Source: Acidimicrobiaceae bacterium (lineage in GTDB: Bacteria; Actinomycetota; Acidimicrobiia; Acidimicrobiales; MedAcidi-G1). Taken from it: DNA of 64,000 nucleotides. Shown here piece after piece: positions 9,864-20,166 of this stretch (within the stretch, counting starts at the first letter, position 1; every line of letters begins with the position of its first letter). Made by a program: the position numbers and the translations under genes. The notes under the pieces are model-generated. The model was given only the letters and a program-made list of their open reading frames with translations. It ran no database searches and had not been told where the DNA came from. The stretch lies in the NCBI GenBank assembly GCA_002717365.1, contig PBDJ01000034.1, positions 33,990 to 97,989 of the forward strand, read 5' to 3'.

Positions 9864-11615
9864 ATGAGTCCCATGGCCACAGAACAGATGGACGGCGGTC
9901 GAGCATTGATCCGCGCCCTCGAGGAGGAGGGCGTTGAGGTCATGTTCGGGCTGCCCGGCGGAGCGATCCTGCCGGTCTACGACCCGATCATCGACTCGTC
10001 GATTCGCCACATCCTGGTCCGCCATGAACAGGGCGCCGGCCACATGGCCGAAGGCTACGCTCAGGCCACGGGCCGCCCCGGCGTGGCCATGGTGACCAGC
10101 GGGCCGGCGGCCACCAATATCGTCACCCCGCTGTGTGACGCCTACCTCGACTCGATTCCCATGGTGGTCATCACAGGTCAGGTTCCCTACCCGGCGATCG
10201 GCACTGACGCCTTCCAGGAATGCGACACCACGGGCATTACCCAGTCGATCACTAAGCACAATTTCCTAGTCACCGAGGCTCAGGACATCCCGCGCACCAT
10301 CAAGGAGGCATTCCACATCGCCACCACGGGCCGTCCAGGCCCCGTTCTGGTGGACGTCCCGAAAGACATCGTGGATCCCGGTAACCCGCGGTCGGCCATG
10401 ACGTGGACCGATGACATCCAGATCGACCTGCCTGGATACCACCCGGAGGTGGAGGTTGACCCGGAGGGCATCCGAGCCGCCGCCGATCTCCTGCGGGGGG
10501 CTGAGCGGCCGGTGTTGTACGTGGGCGGCGGGATCCTCAAGGCACGGGCCGTCGAGGCCCTTCGGGAGTTAGCCGAGTTGACGGGCATCGGCGTGGTTAC
10601 CACACTCATGGCTCGAGGCGCCTTCCCAGACAGCCACGAGCTGTGTCTGGGCATGCCCGGTATGCATGGAAACTTCACCGCAGTTACCGCCATGCAAGAG
10701 TCCGACCTGCTAGTCGCCCTGGGCGCCCGATTCGACGACCGGGTGACCGGCAAGCTGGACGGCTTCGCTCCGGACGCCAAGGTCGTCCACGTTGACATTG
10801 ACCCAGCCGAACTGGGCAAAGTCCGTCGTCCCGATGTGGCTATCCGCGGTGACGTCCGGGTGGCCATCGAGGCGTTGGTTGTCGAGTTGTTGGCCAACGG
10901 TACCGGTGACGTGGATCGGGGGGCCTGGCGTTCTCGGATCAGCGGTTGGCAGGAGCGGTTCCCTCTGGTCTATGAGCCGTGGGTGCCCGGTGAGGCCCTC
11001 AAACCCCAGCACGTTATTGAGTGCCTGCGAGACGCCACGCCGGACGACACCATCGTGTCCTCGGGCGTCGGCCAGCATCAAATGTGGGCTAGCCAATACT
11101 GGAAGTTCGATCATCCGTACACGTGGATCAACTCGGGTGGCCTGGGGACAATGGGCTTCTCCATCCCGGCGGCCATCGGCGCCAAGGTGGCCCATCCGGA
11201 TCGCATGGTGTGGGCTGTGGACGGCGACGGCTGCTTCCAGATGACCGGCCAGGAGCTGGTCACGGCCACGGTCGAGAACATCCCTATCAAGGTGGCGTTG
11301 CTCAATAACTCCTACCTGGGGATGGTCCGCCAGTGGCAGGAGATGTTCTACGAAGAGCGCTACTCGGAAGTGTTTCTATCCAAGGATGTCCCCGACTACC
11401 GGATGTGGGCTGAGTCCATGGGGTGTGAGGCCATGCGAGTCGACGATCCCGACGAAGTCGAGGGGGCCATCGCCAAGGCCAACGAGGTGGACGATCGCCC
11501 GGTGGTCATCGACTTCCGGGTGGCTGCCGAGGAGAAGGTTTACCCTATGGTTCCGTCCGGAGCCTCTAACTCCGAGCTGGTTGTGCCACCGTCCCAGCAG
11601 GGTCAACCCCGATGA
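9864..11615 (+). CDS. ilvB: acetolactate synthase large subunit
   Basis: GGRALIRALEEEGVEVMFGLPGGAILPVYD, a ThDP motif GGLGTMGFSIPAAIGAK...DGDGCFQM. Followed by ilvN and ilvC. The track start at 9804 would include the terminator hairpin. Confidence 0.95.
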   Translation: MSPMATEQMDGGRALIRALEEEGVEVMFGLPGGAILPVYDPIIDSSIRHILVRHEQGAGHMAEGYAQATGRPGVAMVTSGPAATNIVTPLCDAYLDSIPMVVITGQVPYPAIGTDAFQECDTTGITQSITKHNFLVTEAQDIPRTIKEAFHIATTGRPGPVLVDVPKDIVDPGNPRSAMTWTDDIQIDLPGYHPEVEVDPEGIRAAADLLRGAERPVLYVGGGILKARAVEALRELAELTGIGVVTTLMARGAFPDSHELCLGMPGMHGNFTAVTAMQESDLLVALGARFDDRVTGKLDGFAPDAKVVHVDIDPAELGKVRRPDVAIRGDVRVAIEALVVELLANGTGDVDRGAWRSRISGWQERFPLVYEPWVPGEALKPQHVIECLRDATPDDTIVSSGVGQHQMWASQYWKFDHPYTWINSGGLGTMGFSIPAAIGAKVAHPDRMVWAVDGDGCFQMTGQELVTATVENIPIKVALLNNSYLGMVRQWQEMFYEERYSEVFLSKDVPDYRMWAESMGCEAMRVDDPDEVEGAIAKANEVDDRPVVIDFRVAAEEKVYPMVPSGASNSELVVPPSQQGQPR

Positions 11616-12124
11616 ACGTCCCGGCGCCCGAGTACCGTTACCACACGCTGGTCGTGAAGGTGGAGAACAGATCCGGCGTGCTGGCCCGAGTGGCCTCCCT
11701 GTTTGCCCGGCGGGCCTTTAACATCGAATCGCTGGCCGTGGCACCGACCGATGACGAGAGGTTCAGCCGGATCACCGTGGTGGTCGACCTGGAGTCAGCC
11801 CCCTTAGACCAGATTGTCAAGCAACTGAACAAGTTGGTGAACGTGGTCGAGATTCGTGAGCTGCACCCCGGACACGCTGTGGAGCGTGAGCTCATGCTGG
11901 TCACGGTGACCGCCGAGCCAAATCGTCGAGATGAAATCGTGGAGCATCTGGACCGGGCCGGGGGCAAAGTGCTGAGCGTGGGAACCGACCACATGATGCT
12001 TTCTCTGGTCGGCCCACCCGGTCGGGTGGATGACTTCGAAAATCTGATGCGCCAGTTCGGGATCGTGGAACTGCAGCGGACCGGCCGGGTGGCCTTGGCG
12101 TCACTAGACGACGTCGCCGACTGA
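11612..12124 (+). CDS. ilvN: acetolactate synthase small (regulatory) subunit
   Basis: HTLVVKVENRSGVLARVASLFARRAFNIESLAV is an ACT domain. ATGA overlap with ilvB. Confidence 0.9.
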   Translation: MNVPAPEYRYHTLVVKVENRSGVLARVASLFARRAFNIESLAVAPTDDERFSRITVVVDLESAPLDQIVKQLNKLVNVVEIRELHPGHAVERELMLVTVTAEPNRRDEIVEHLDRAGGKVLSVGTDHMMLSLVGPPGRVDDFENLMRQFGIVELQRTGRVALASLDDVAD

Positions 12125-12209
12125 TTACCGGCCCGCCAGTCCGCCTTACCGGACCATGGGCCATTGAGAACCAACCAGAAACAATCCAGAGAACAGCCAG
12201 GAGAACCCC

Positions 12210-13241
12210 GTGGCAAATATTTACTACGAGACCGACGTTGACCGTTCGGCGATCGCCGAGCGAAAGGTGGCCATTCTGGGATACGGATCCCAGGGCCACG
12301 CGCACGCCCTTAACCTGAAGGAGTCGGGAATCGACGTGTGCGTCGGTTTGCGCGACGGCTCTTCGTCGGCGGCCAAGGCTGCTGAGGCTGGCCTGGAGGT
12401 GCGGTCTCTCTCCGATGCATCGGCCTGGGCTGATGTGATCATGATCCTGCTGCCCGACACCGATCAGGCCGCTGTCTACGAGGAGCACATCGCGCCGAAC
12501 TTGTCAGCCGGTGACGCCTTGGCCTTTGCCCACGGCTTCAACATCCGGTTCGATCTGATTGATCCGCCGACGGATGTGGACGTGATCATGATTGCCCCCA
12601 AGGGTCCCGGGCACCTAGTGCGCAGGACCTACGAGGAGGGTGGCGGCGTGCCCTGCCTGATTGCTGTGGAGCAAGATCCGACCGGGGGCGCTAAGGCCCT
12701 GGCTCTGGCCTACGCCGACGGCTTGGGTGGCGCCCGGGCCGGTGTGATCGAGACCACGTTTACTGAGGAGTGCGAAACCGACCTGTTCGGCGAGCAGGTA
12801 GTGCTGTGCGGCGGTATGACCGAGCTGGTTCGGAGCGCTTTCGACACCCTGGTGGATGCCGGGTACCAGCCGGAGATTTGTTACTTCGAATGCCTCCACG
12901 AGTTGAAGCTCATTGTGGACCTGATGTACGAGCAGGGCATCGGTGGCATGCGCTACTCGGTGTCAGATACCGCAGAGTACGGCGACTTGTCCCGTGGACC
13001 CCGTGTGGTAGACGACAAGGTACGGGCGACCATGAAGGAGATCCTGGGGGAGATCCAGAGCGGCAGGTTTGCTGAGGAGTGGGTGGCTGAGGCCCACGGT
13101 GGCCGCGAGAACTTCTACCGGCTGGAGGAGGAGGGCAAGGCCCACCGCATCGAACAGGTCGGCGCCGAACTGCGGGCCATGATGCCGTGGATCAGTGCTG
13201 GCAAGGTCTCAGTCCAGGAGGCCTCTGGCGGCCAGGGCTGA
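12210..13241 (+). CDS. ilvC: ketol-acid reductoisomerase
   Basis: [29 protein letters not shown] and GFNIRF are IlvC signatures. Confidence 0.95.
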   Translation: MANIYYETDVDRSAIAERKVAILGYGSQGHAHALNLKESGIDVCVGLRDGSSSAAKAAEAGLEVRSLSDASAWADVIMILLPDTDQAAVYEEHIAPNLSAGDALAFAHGFNIRFDLIDPPTDVDVIMIAPKGPGHLVRRTYEEGGGVPCLIAVEQDPTGGAKALALAYADGLGGARAGVIETTFTEECETDLFGEQVVLCGGMTELVRSAFDTLVDAGYQPEICYFECLHELKLIVDLMYEQGIGGMRYSVSDTAEYGDLSRGPRVVDDKVRATMKEILGEIQSGRFAEEWVAEAHGGRENFYRLEEEGKAHRIEQVGAELRAMMPWISAGKVSVQEASGGQG

Positions 13242-13292
13242 TCCCGTCTTTCGCGTTTGAGATCTGGCCCACTGGGTTAGGTAGGTGGATGG

Positions 13293-14495
13293 TTAGCTCA
13301 ACCGCTGGACCACCATGGCCATACCCTGACCTCCGCCCACGCACATGGACTCCACGCCGAGTTCCTTGTCGGCGTCCTCCAGGCCATTGAGCAGAGTGGT
13401 CATGATGCGGGCGCCGGTCATGCCGAACGGGTGGCCGAGAGCAATGGCCCCGCCATTCACATTCAACTTGTCAAGGTCGATCCCGACCTCGTCGGCTGAC
13501 GGCAGAACCTGAGCGGCGAAGGCCTCGTTGATCTCGAACAGATCGATGTCGTCGGGGGTCATGCCGGCCCGACTGAGGGCCTGGCGGATGGCTTGGATGG
13601 GTCCGAGGCCCATGATCTCAGGGTTCAGGGACGATACGCCGGACGAGATGATGCGGGCCAGGGGTCTAATCTCCAGCTCCTCGGCCCGAGTTTCGCTCAT
13701 CACCACTACGGCTGCCGCGCCGTCATTGAGCGGGCATGCGTTGCCGGCTGTAACCGTGCCGTCGGGCCGGAACACCGGGTTCAACTGGGAGACCTTCTCG
13801 TAGGTGGTTCCGGCCCGGATGCCGTCGTCGGTGGCGGCCACTGAGCCATCAGGAAGGGTGTACGGCGAGATCTCCCGCTCGAAGAAGCCACGGTTCTGGG
13901 CGGCTTCGGCCCGGTTTTGGGATCGGACGCCCCACTCGTCCTGGGCCTGACGAGACACGCCCTTGTGCTGGGCCACGTTCTCGGCCGTTTGACCCATGGC
14001 GATGTAGATGTCGGGAAACCCCTCGGGGGTGGTCCAGTCGTCGACCTCCTCGCCGGACCGGTCGGCCGTGCGGGCCTCAGCATCGGCGAATCGGGGGTTA
14101 TGGGGACCGTTGTCAGACACGCCGTACTGGAAGCGGCTCACACACTCCACCCCGCCCGATACGAAGGCGTCACCCTCGCCGGCCCGGATTGCGTGGGCAG
14201 CCATGCGGATGGTCTGCAGAGAGGAGGAGCAATACCGGTTCACGGTGGTGCCCGGGGCCTCGAGCCCGGCCAGCAGTCCGGCTACCCGGCCCAGGTTGTA
14301 GCCCTGCTCACCGCCCGGTTGAGCGGTACCCCAGATGACGTCCTCGACCTGATCACGGGGAAACTCGGGGATCTTCCCGAGCACGTCGTCGATGATAAAG
14401 GCGGACAGGTCGTCGGGGCGGGCCTCGACGAGGCTTCCCTTACCGGCCCGTCCGATGGCGGTTCGGCTGGTGGCGACAATGACGGCTTCGGCCAT
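13293..14495 (-). CDS. acetyl-CoA C-acyltransferase (thiolase)
   Basis: [27 protein letters not shown] (active-site Cys), [19 protein letters not shown] and a C-terminal CVGGGQG. Confidence 0.9.
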   Translation of the reverse strand: MAEAVIVATSRTAIGRAGKGSLVEARPDDLSAFIIDDVLGKIPEFPRDQVEDVIWGTAQPGGEQGYNLGRVAGLLAGLEAPGTTVNRYCSSSLQTIRMAAHAIRAGEGDAFVSGGVECVSRFQYGVSDNGPHNPRFADAEARTADRSGEEVDDWTTPEGFPDIYIAMGQTAENVAQHKGVSRQAQDEWGVRSQNRAEAAQNRGFFEREISPYTLPDGSVAATDDGIRAGTTYEKVSQLNPVFRPDGTVTAGNACPLNDGAAAVVVMSETRAEELEIRPLARIISSGVSSLNPEIMGLGPIQAIRQALSRAGMTPDDIDLFEINEAFAAQVLPSADEVGIDLDKLNVNGGAIALGHPFGMTGARIMTTLLNGLEDADKELGVESMCVGGGQGMAMVVQRLS

Positions 14496-14619
14496 GGGGG
14501 TGGTCCTCTCGCTGGGGACCGGCGAGTAGCGACGGTCCGATGGGCTACCGACCGGTAACCGTACCGATGTTATCTCCGGACCGTCCCTGCGTTCTCACCG
14601 GAGTCTGCCGGCCCGACGT

Positions 14620-15345
14620 TCACCGGAGCCGGATGAGAGACACCCCGTCCCCGATCGACAGGACTACCACGTCCACCCGTTCGTCGGAAACCGCCCGGTC
14701 GTTGAACTCCCGAAGGGCGACTGTATCGGCGTCGTCCACCGTGGGGTCCAGGACCCGGCCCGACCACAGCACGTTGTCCACGACGATCAGCCCATGGGGA
14801 GCCAGCCGGGGGACCAACTCCTCGTAATAGCCGAGGTAGCCGGTTTTGTCGGCGTCGATGAAGGCGAGGTCTACCACGGCGTTGGCGGGTAGGACCCGGA
14901 GGGTTTCGATAGCCGGGGCGATCACCAGGTCGATACGGTCAGCTACCCCGGCGGCCTCCCAGTGGCGTCGGGCCACGTCGGTCCATTCCTCGGACACGTC
15001 GCAGCACAGGAGACGGCCACCGTCGGGAAGCATCCGAGCGATGGCCAACGAGGAAGTGCCGGTGAACGTGCCCACCTCGACGGCTAGGCGAGGCCGGAGG
15101 GCAGCTGTCAACATAGAGAGAAAGGTGGCCTGGTCTCGGGCCACCTGCATCCTGGCTTGTGGCCCGAGGGCCGTGGTGGCCTCGGCTAGGGCGTCCTGCA
15201 CCTCGTCGGCCGGCGAGGTGTGGTCCAGCACGTAGCGGTAGAGGGCCTCTTCGAGAAAGAAGGAACGGTGGTCGGCCACGGGTCCCTCAGCGGTGGCCGG
15301 TGCCGCAGGGCGGTATCCGGCCCGGTTGCCGATTGGCGGACTCAC
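14620..15345 (-). CDS. class I SAM-dependent O-methyltransferase (caffeoyl-CoA OMT-like family)
   Basis: AVEVGTFTGTSSLAIA (SAM motif I), DLAFIDADK and GLIVVDNVLWSG are typical of this family. Confidence 0.8.
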   Translation of the reverse strand: MSPPIGNRAGYRPAAPATAEGPVADHRSFFLEEALYRYVLDHTSPADEVQDALAEATTALGPQARMQVARDQATFLSMLTAALRPRLAVEVGTFTGTSSLAIARMLPDGGRLLCCDVSEEWTDVARRHWEAAGVADRIDLVIAPAIETLRVLPANAVVDLAFIDADKTGYLGYYEELVPRLAPHGLIVVDNVLWSGRVLDPTVDDADTVALREFNDRAVSDERVDVVVLSIGDGVSLIRLR

Positions 15346-15552
15346 CGTCGTACACCAACCGTTTCTGGCGTACCGGCCAGTCGAACATGGGTTCCTCCGA
15401 CGGCACGGTCGGCCGCTCCACGACGGTAGTCACCGGTCCGGTGGGGGGCCGAACGGGGCGCCTCGGTACCCTCGGGGACGATTCATGACGCCGTGTCGTG
15501 TTCCCGTCCCCAAACGGCCTGGATCGGCGACCACCGAAGAGGAGCACCACCC

Positions 15553-17040
15553 ATGGGTGACACCCCGACGATCGACCGCCAGCCGGTCGACTCGCAGGAG
15601 GAATGGCGGCTGCTCATCGGTGGGGAGTGGACGGCGACCTCTGAGACTTACGAGATCGTGGATCCCAACACCACAGAGGTGGTAGGCCACGCTCCGGAGG
15701 GCACGGTGGCAGATGCCGAGGCGGCTATCACCGCCGCCAAGGCCGCCCTCCCAGGCTGGCGGGACACCTCGCCGACTGAACGAGGAGCGCTGCTGGAACG
15801 CCTGTCCGACATCCTCCGGGAACGGGCGCCAACCTGGTCGACCTTGGTACAGGCCGAGACGGGTTCTACCATCAACGTTGCCGAGACCATGCAGGTCGGG
15901 CCGAACCTGGCGGACCGCTACTCGCAGTACGCGGTTCCGCGAGACCTGGACCGGGCCGAACTTCCGGTCACACAGGCTGCCTCAGCTCTAGGGCCGGCTG
16001 GCTTGGTGGGGGCGGTGGCCCATCGGCAGCCGGCGGGGGTGGTGGCCTGCATCACGTCGTACAACTTTCCGCTGGTCAACGTGGCCGGGAAACTGGCCCC
16101 GGCCCTCGCCATGGGTAACACCTGCATCATCAAGCCAGCGCCTCAGGACCCGCTGGGTGTTCTGCGCCTCGGTGAGGCTGTGGTGGAGGCCGGGTTCCCG
16201 CCCGGTGTGGTCAACGTCCTGACCTCCTCGGGGGTTGATGCCCCAGCAGCCTTGGTTTCGTCTCCCGACGTCAACATGGTCAGTTTCACCGGATCCTCGG
16301 CCGTGGGGAAACGGATCATGGCTGATGGGGCGGCATCCATGACCCGGGTGCTGATGGAGTTGGGAGGCAAGGGCGCCCTGGTCATGACGGAGGACGCTGA
16401 CATTGGGAAAGCTGTCGGCGCTATTGCCAGTGTGTGGGGATTCCACAGCGGTCAGATTTGCACGGCACCCACCCGAGTTATCTGTCACCGCAGCCTCTAT
16501 GACGAGTTGGTGTCCACGCTGGCCAACGTGGTCGGCATGCTCAAGGTGGGTGACGCAATCGAGCGCGACACTTTGGTGGGTCCACTGGTCAGCGAACAGC
16601 AGCGCGACAACGTGGAGTCCTTCGTCCGAGGAGGGGTGGAGGCGGGCGCCACCCTGGTATGTGGCGGGGACCGTCCGGACCTGCCCGGTTACTTTGTGGC
16701 CCCCACGCTGCTGGCCGACTGCACGCCGGACATGCACGCAGTCCGTGAGGAGGCCTTCGGGCCAGTTGTCGTGGTGTTGTCTCACGACGGCGACGATGAG
16801 GCCGTTGCTCTGGCCAACGACTCGGCGTACGGGTTGTACAGCTATGTGTACGCAGGCGACATGGCCCGGGCCTACCGGATCGCCCGCTGCTTGGAGTCCG
16901 GTAACGTGGCCTTGAACAGCGTGGTGCCCCACCCCAACGCCCCGTTCGGCGGATTCAAGGAGTCGGGGATCGGACGGGACCGCGGAATCGCCGGCCTCGA
17001 GGCCTACAGCGAGGTGCAGGCCATTTCCTGGCTGGCTTGA
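15553..17040 (+). CDS. NAD(P)-dependent aldehyde dehydrogenase
   Basis: FTGSSAVGKRIM, LELGGKGA, catalytic-Cys region GQICTAPTR and EEAFGPV. GAGGAG RBS 9 nt before ATG 15553. Confidence 0.9.
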   Translation: MGDTPTIDRQPVDSQEEWRLLIGGEWTATSETYEIVDPNTTEVVGHAPEGTVADAEAAITAAKAALPGWRDTSPTERGALLERLSDILRERAPTWSTLVQAETGSTINVAETMQVGPNLADRYSQYAVPRDLDRAELPVTQAASALGPAGLVGAVAHRQPAGVVACITSYNFPLVNVAGKLAPALAMGNTCIIKPAPQDPLGVLRLGEAVVEAGFPPGVVNVLTSSGVDAPAALVSSPDVNMVSFTGSSAVGKRIMADGAASMTRVLMELGGKGALVMTEDADIGKAVGAIASVWGFHSGQICTAPTRVICHRSLYDELVSTLANVVGMLKVGDAIERDTLVGPLVSEQQRDNVESFVRGGVEAGATLVCGGDRPDLPGYFVAPTLLADCTPDMHAVREEAFGPVVVVLSHDGDDEAVALANDSAYGLYSYVYAGDMARAYRIARCLESGNVALNSVVPHPNAPFGGFKESGIGRDRGIAGLEAYSEVQAISWLA

Positions 17041-17143
17041 CCACCTAATGAGTGCCGCGTGGGTCGGCTGCCTCAGCCGTCGGTGTGAGCCGGATCGGGA
17101 CTAGGTTCCGCTCCGGCAGACGAACAGATTCGGGAGCACAGAC

Positions 17144-17593
17144 ATGTTGGAAGTTGGAACACCAGCTCCGGACTTCGCAGTGCCCGACCAAGACGGCAAG
17201 GTGGTCACCATGGAATCTCTGCGGGGTCACTGGGTGGCCCTGTGGTGGTACCCGATGGCCTCCACCCCCGGTTGAACGGTCCAGGGAGGGGGGTTCCGTG
17301 ACCGAACCCCGGAGTTCGAGGAGGCTGGCGCCGTGGTGCTGGGTGCGAGTTTCGACACCGTCGATGCACAGAAGCACTTCGCCGACGACCAGGGGTTTCC
17401 GTATCGCCTGTTAGCCGACACCACTAAGGAGGTCGGGCAGGCCTATGAAGTGGAGGCCGAACACGGCTTACCGTTGCGGGTTACGTATCTGATCGACCCG
17501 GAGGGCACCATCGTCCGGACCTACGATCTACGTGGCGAGGATCTGGAGGCTCACGCTGGTGTCGTCTTGGACGACATTCGAACCCTGTCCTGA
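17144..17593 (+). CDS. bcp: Bcp-type peroxiredoxin with in-frame TGA (17273-17275) at the peroxidatic Cys position; candidate selenoprotein (U44)
   Basis: ATG 17144 is in frame with track ORF 17333-17593. Translation is MLEVGTPAPDFAVPDQDGKVVTMESLRGHWVALWWYPMASTPG-TGA-TVQGGGFRDRTPEFEEAGAVVLGASFD..., matching the Bcp pattern YP..TPG[C]T....FRD. A hairpin lies downstream of the TGA. Confidence 0.75.
17290..17310 (+). promoter_or_regulatory. SECIS-like hairpin downstream of the bcp UGA
   Basis: GGGGUUC-CGUGACC-GAACCCC is a perfect 7-bp stem starting 15 nt after the UGA, with a GU dinucleotide in the apical loop at +26/+27. Confidence 0.5.
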
Positions 17594-17615
17594 GGCCCCT
17601 GCTCCTGAGGAGGAG

Positions 17616-18830
17616 ATGGTGACCGCTCCATTGGCTGGGCTTACGGTGGTGGAGGGCACGGCATTTGTGGCCGCCCCCACCGGGGGGATGGCCCTCGCCC
17701 AGTTGGGGGCTGATGTCATCCGTTTCGACCAGGTGGGCGGCGGGATCGATTACACCCGCTGGCCTCTCACCGCTGACGGTGTGAGCCTGTACTGGAACGG
17801 CCTGAACCGCGGCAAGCGGTCGTTGGCTGTGGATCTACGCGACCCAGAGGTCACAGACCTCATAACTGAGCTAGTCGCCCGGACAGGAAACTTTCTGACC
17901 AACTTCCCGGCCCGAGGCTGGATGGCCTACGAGGAGTTACGGGCCCGCCGGGAGGATCTGGTGATGGTGGTCGTTACCGGATCACACGACGGGACGACGG
18001 CGTTGGACTACACCGTCAATTGTGCCGTGGGTTACCCGAACCTCACCGGCCACCCGGACGATTCCCGTCCGGTCAACAACGTGGTTCCGGCCTGGGACCT
18101 GGTGTGCGGCCAGATGGCGGCCCTCGGCCTGGTATCAGCCGATCGGCACCGCATGAGAACCGGCGAGGGCCAGGTAGTGACTATCGCTTTGGCCGACGTG
18201 GCCATGGCCGCTGTGGGGTCGCTCGGCAACCTGGCTGAGGTTCAGGTCAACGGCCGCGAGCGAGAGGGGGTGGGTAATGCCATCTACGGGGCGTTCGGCC
18301 GGGACTTTGCCACCGCCGACGGCCGCCGGATCATGGCGGTGGCCATTACGGCCCGACAGTGGACGGCTCTGCAGGAGGCGACTGGGACCACGAAGGCCAT
18401 AGCCGAATTAGCCGTCGAGTTGGGAGCGGACTTCGCCGATGAGGGAGCCCGGTTCCGGGCTACCGACCGCCTGTGTGAGGTTCTGGCACCATGGTTTGTT
18501 GCTCGAACCCTGAACGAGGCGTCCGTTGCTTTGGACGCCCACGGCGTCTGCTGGGGGCCTTATCGCACGGTCACCCAGATGCTGGCCGAGGACCCGCGAT
18601 GCTCGACGGCCAACCCGCTGTTTGCTGAGTTGGACCAGCCAGGTGTGGGTACCCACCTGGTACCGGGTTCTCCCCTGGCCTTCGGCGGACCGCAGACCGT
18701 GGACCGGGGAGCCTCCGTGGCCCCGGTCCTGGGGCAGCACACCGAGGAGATCCTTACCCTTGAACTCGGCCTGTCGGCGGTAGAGGTGGCACGTCTGGTC
18801 GATCGGGGGGCGGTCGCAATCGCTGGCTGA
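17616..18830 (+). CDS. family III CoA-transferase (CaiB/BaiF-like)
   Basis: PLAGLTVVEGTAFVAAPTGGMALAQLGADVIRFD is the typical N-terminus. GAGGAGGAG RBS just before ATG 17616. The track start at 17532 overlaps bcp. Confidence 0.85.
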   Translation: MVTAPLAGLTVVEGTAFVAAPTGGMALAQLGADVIRFDQVGGGIDYTRWPLTADGVSLYWNGLNRGKRSLAVDLRDPEVTDLITELVARTGNFLTNFPARGWMAYEELRARREDLVMVVVTGSHDGTTALDYTVNCAVGYPNLTGHPDDSRPVNNVVPAWDLVCGQMAALGLVSADRHRMRTGEGQVVTIALADVAMAAVGSLGNLAEVQVNGREREGVGNAIYGAFGRDFATADGRRIMAVAITARQWTALQEATGTTKAIAELAVELGADFADEGARFRATDRLCEVLAPWFVARTLNEASVALDAHGVCWGPYRTVTQMLAEDPRCSTANPLFAELDQPGVGTHLVPGSPLAFGGPQTVDRGASVAPVLGQHTEEILTLELGLSAVEVARLVDRGAVAIAG

Positions 18831-18848
18831 CCGGTTGAGGTGGAGGGG

Positions 18849-19901
18849 TCAGGCGCCCCAGGTCACCAACCGCCAGTCCAGGACGGGTCGGGGAGGGTCT
18901 TCGCCCTCTTGGGCGTCAGCTTCGACCCGGATGGCTCGGAGCCGTCCCCCGGCTGCCGACCGCTCGTCGAGCAGCGTGTGGTGAAAGCTCAGGACGTCCT
19001 TCTCGAAAACTGGCGCAAGATGGTCACAGGTCTGCCACCCGAGCACGGTGGCCGTGTCGGGAAACATGCGGGTTAGGGAGGCCTGGGCCAGACCGATGGT
19101 GTGGCCGCCGTAGACGAGGCGCCGGCCGTCCGGGCCGAGCGCCGGGTCACGGTGCACGGGTGCCTGGTTGAGGGTGAGGCGGGCTAGGGCTACGGCATTA
19201 GTTACCGTGTCTCTCAGACCGTCGGTCCGTTGGGTCCCGACGTTCCAGTCCGACACGGAGACACCGGCGAGGGGGCTGGCGTCCCAGCCGACAGGGACGC
19301 GGTCGACCCAGGCCGCTAGGTCGATTTCGGCCTCTATCTCTCCTAGGTCGTCGTGGTGGTCGGTGACGGCATCGGGATCCCGGAACCGGAGCATTGCGCA
19401 CCGTTCGTAGTCGGCCACCGTGGCGTTGTCGTCCACCCGAATCGTGTGGATGCCGAGCAGAGCGAGGCCCCGGGCTGGGCGGTCGTCGCGGCGTGACAAC
19501 TCGAGGAGACCCCGAATCTCAACGGTGGTTCGGAGGGTCTCACCGTGGCGGACCGGTTGGTGCAGGACCACGCCGCGGTAGAAAAGGTTGGCAAAGACCT
19601 GCCGAGTGGCGACCGTGCTCTGTCCGATTGACACATGGAGGACGAGAGCCGGGTTGACCAGAGAGCCGGGCTGGCCGGTCACCGCCTCGGCCAGAGGCCG
19701 GCTGGCAGTCGTGGCCAGCGGATCGCCGCAGATTGCCTGGTAGATAGCGGCTTCGCCGGGGCCAATGGTGACGGCCGGAGCGGGGTCCAGAGTCTGGCCA
19801 ACAGCCAGGTCGTCGAAGTAGGGCCCGAGGTCGTGGTGCTCGGGGGCGAGGGCGGGGGTGGGATCGGGCACTGCGACACTCTGGCAGCAACTAGCGGCCA
19901 T
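18849..19901 (-). CDS. MaoC-family double hot-dog (enoyl/methylfumaryl/itaconyl-CoA hydratase-like) protein
   Basis: 350 aa. The size and the two hot-dog-like halves (FANLFYRGVVLHQPVRHGETL; YGGHTIGLAQASL) resemble mesaconyl/itaconyl-CoA hydratase-type proteins. Convergent with a CoA-transferase. Confidence 0.7.
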   Translation of the reverse strand: MAASCCQSVAVPDPTPALAPEHHDLGPYFDDLAVGQTLDPAPAVTIGPGEAAIYQAICGDPLATTASRPLAEAVTGQPGSLVNPALVLHVSIGQSTVATRQVFANLFYRGVVLHQPVRHGETLRTTVEIRGLLELSRRDDRPARGLALLGIHTIRVDDNATVADYERCAMLRFRDPDAVTDHHDDLGEIEAEIDLAAWVDRVPVGWDASPLAGVSVSDWNVGTQRTDGLRDTVTNAVALARLTLNQAPVHRDPALGPDGRRLVYGGHTIGLAQASLTRMFPDTATVLGWQTCDHLAPVFEKDVLSFHHTLLDERSAAGGRLRAIRVEADAQEGEDPPRPVLDWRLVTWGA

Positions 19902-20166
19902 CGCGTGGTCTTAGTCGAGCAAACGGAAACACCGTCGTTGTTATTACCCGGTAGTCATCGTAGAGAGGTATTCAATATAGGTAATAGTATCACTTATAAC
20001 GATAGATAGGTTCTCTAACAATTATCACGAGTCTCTGGAGCGCGGCGAAGACCGTTTCTACTATCTGACCCAACGGAGTAGGGGACGGCACAACGGAGTG
20101 GGACTAAGAGGGGCAACTCGTCCCATCTGATCAGTCCCTCCTCGGAGAACCGGAAGGGGACGAATC

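Noticed and set aside
14560-14630. Short repeats (TCACCGGAG twice) and a CTCCGG/CCGGAG inverted repeat between the O-methyltransferase and thiolase genes
   Set aside because: Short, GC-rich and expected by chance at this composition. No U-tract and no recognisable motif.
17273-17275. TGA reassigned to an amino acid genome-wide (code 4/25-like) as the explanation for the two in-frame TGAs
   Set aside because: Many well-defined genes in the window end at TGA at the expected protein length (ligA, pknB, gatC, gatA, ilvB, leuD and others). TGA is therefore a normal stop, and recoding must be local (Sec) if real.
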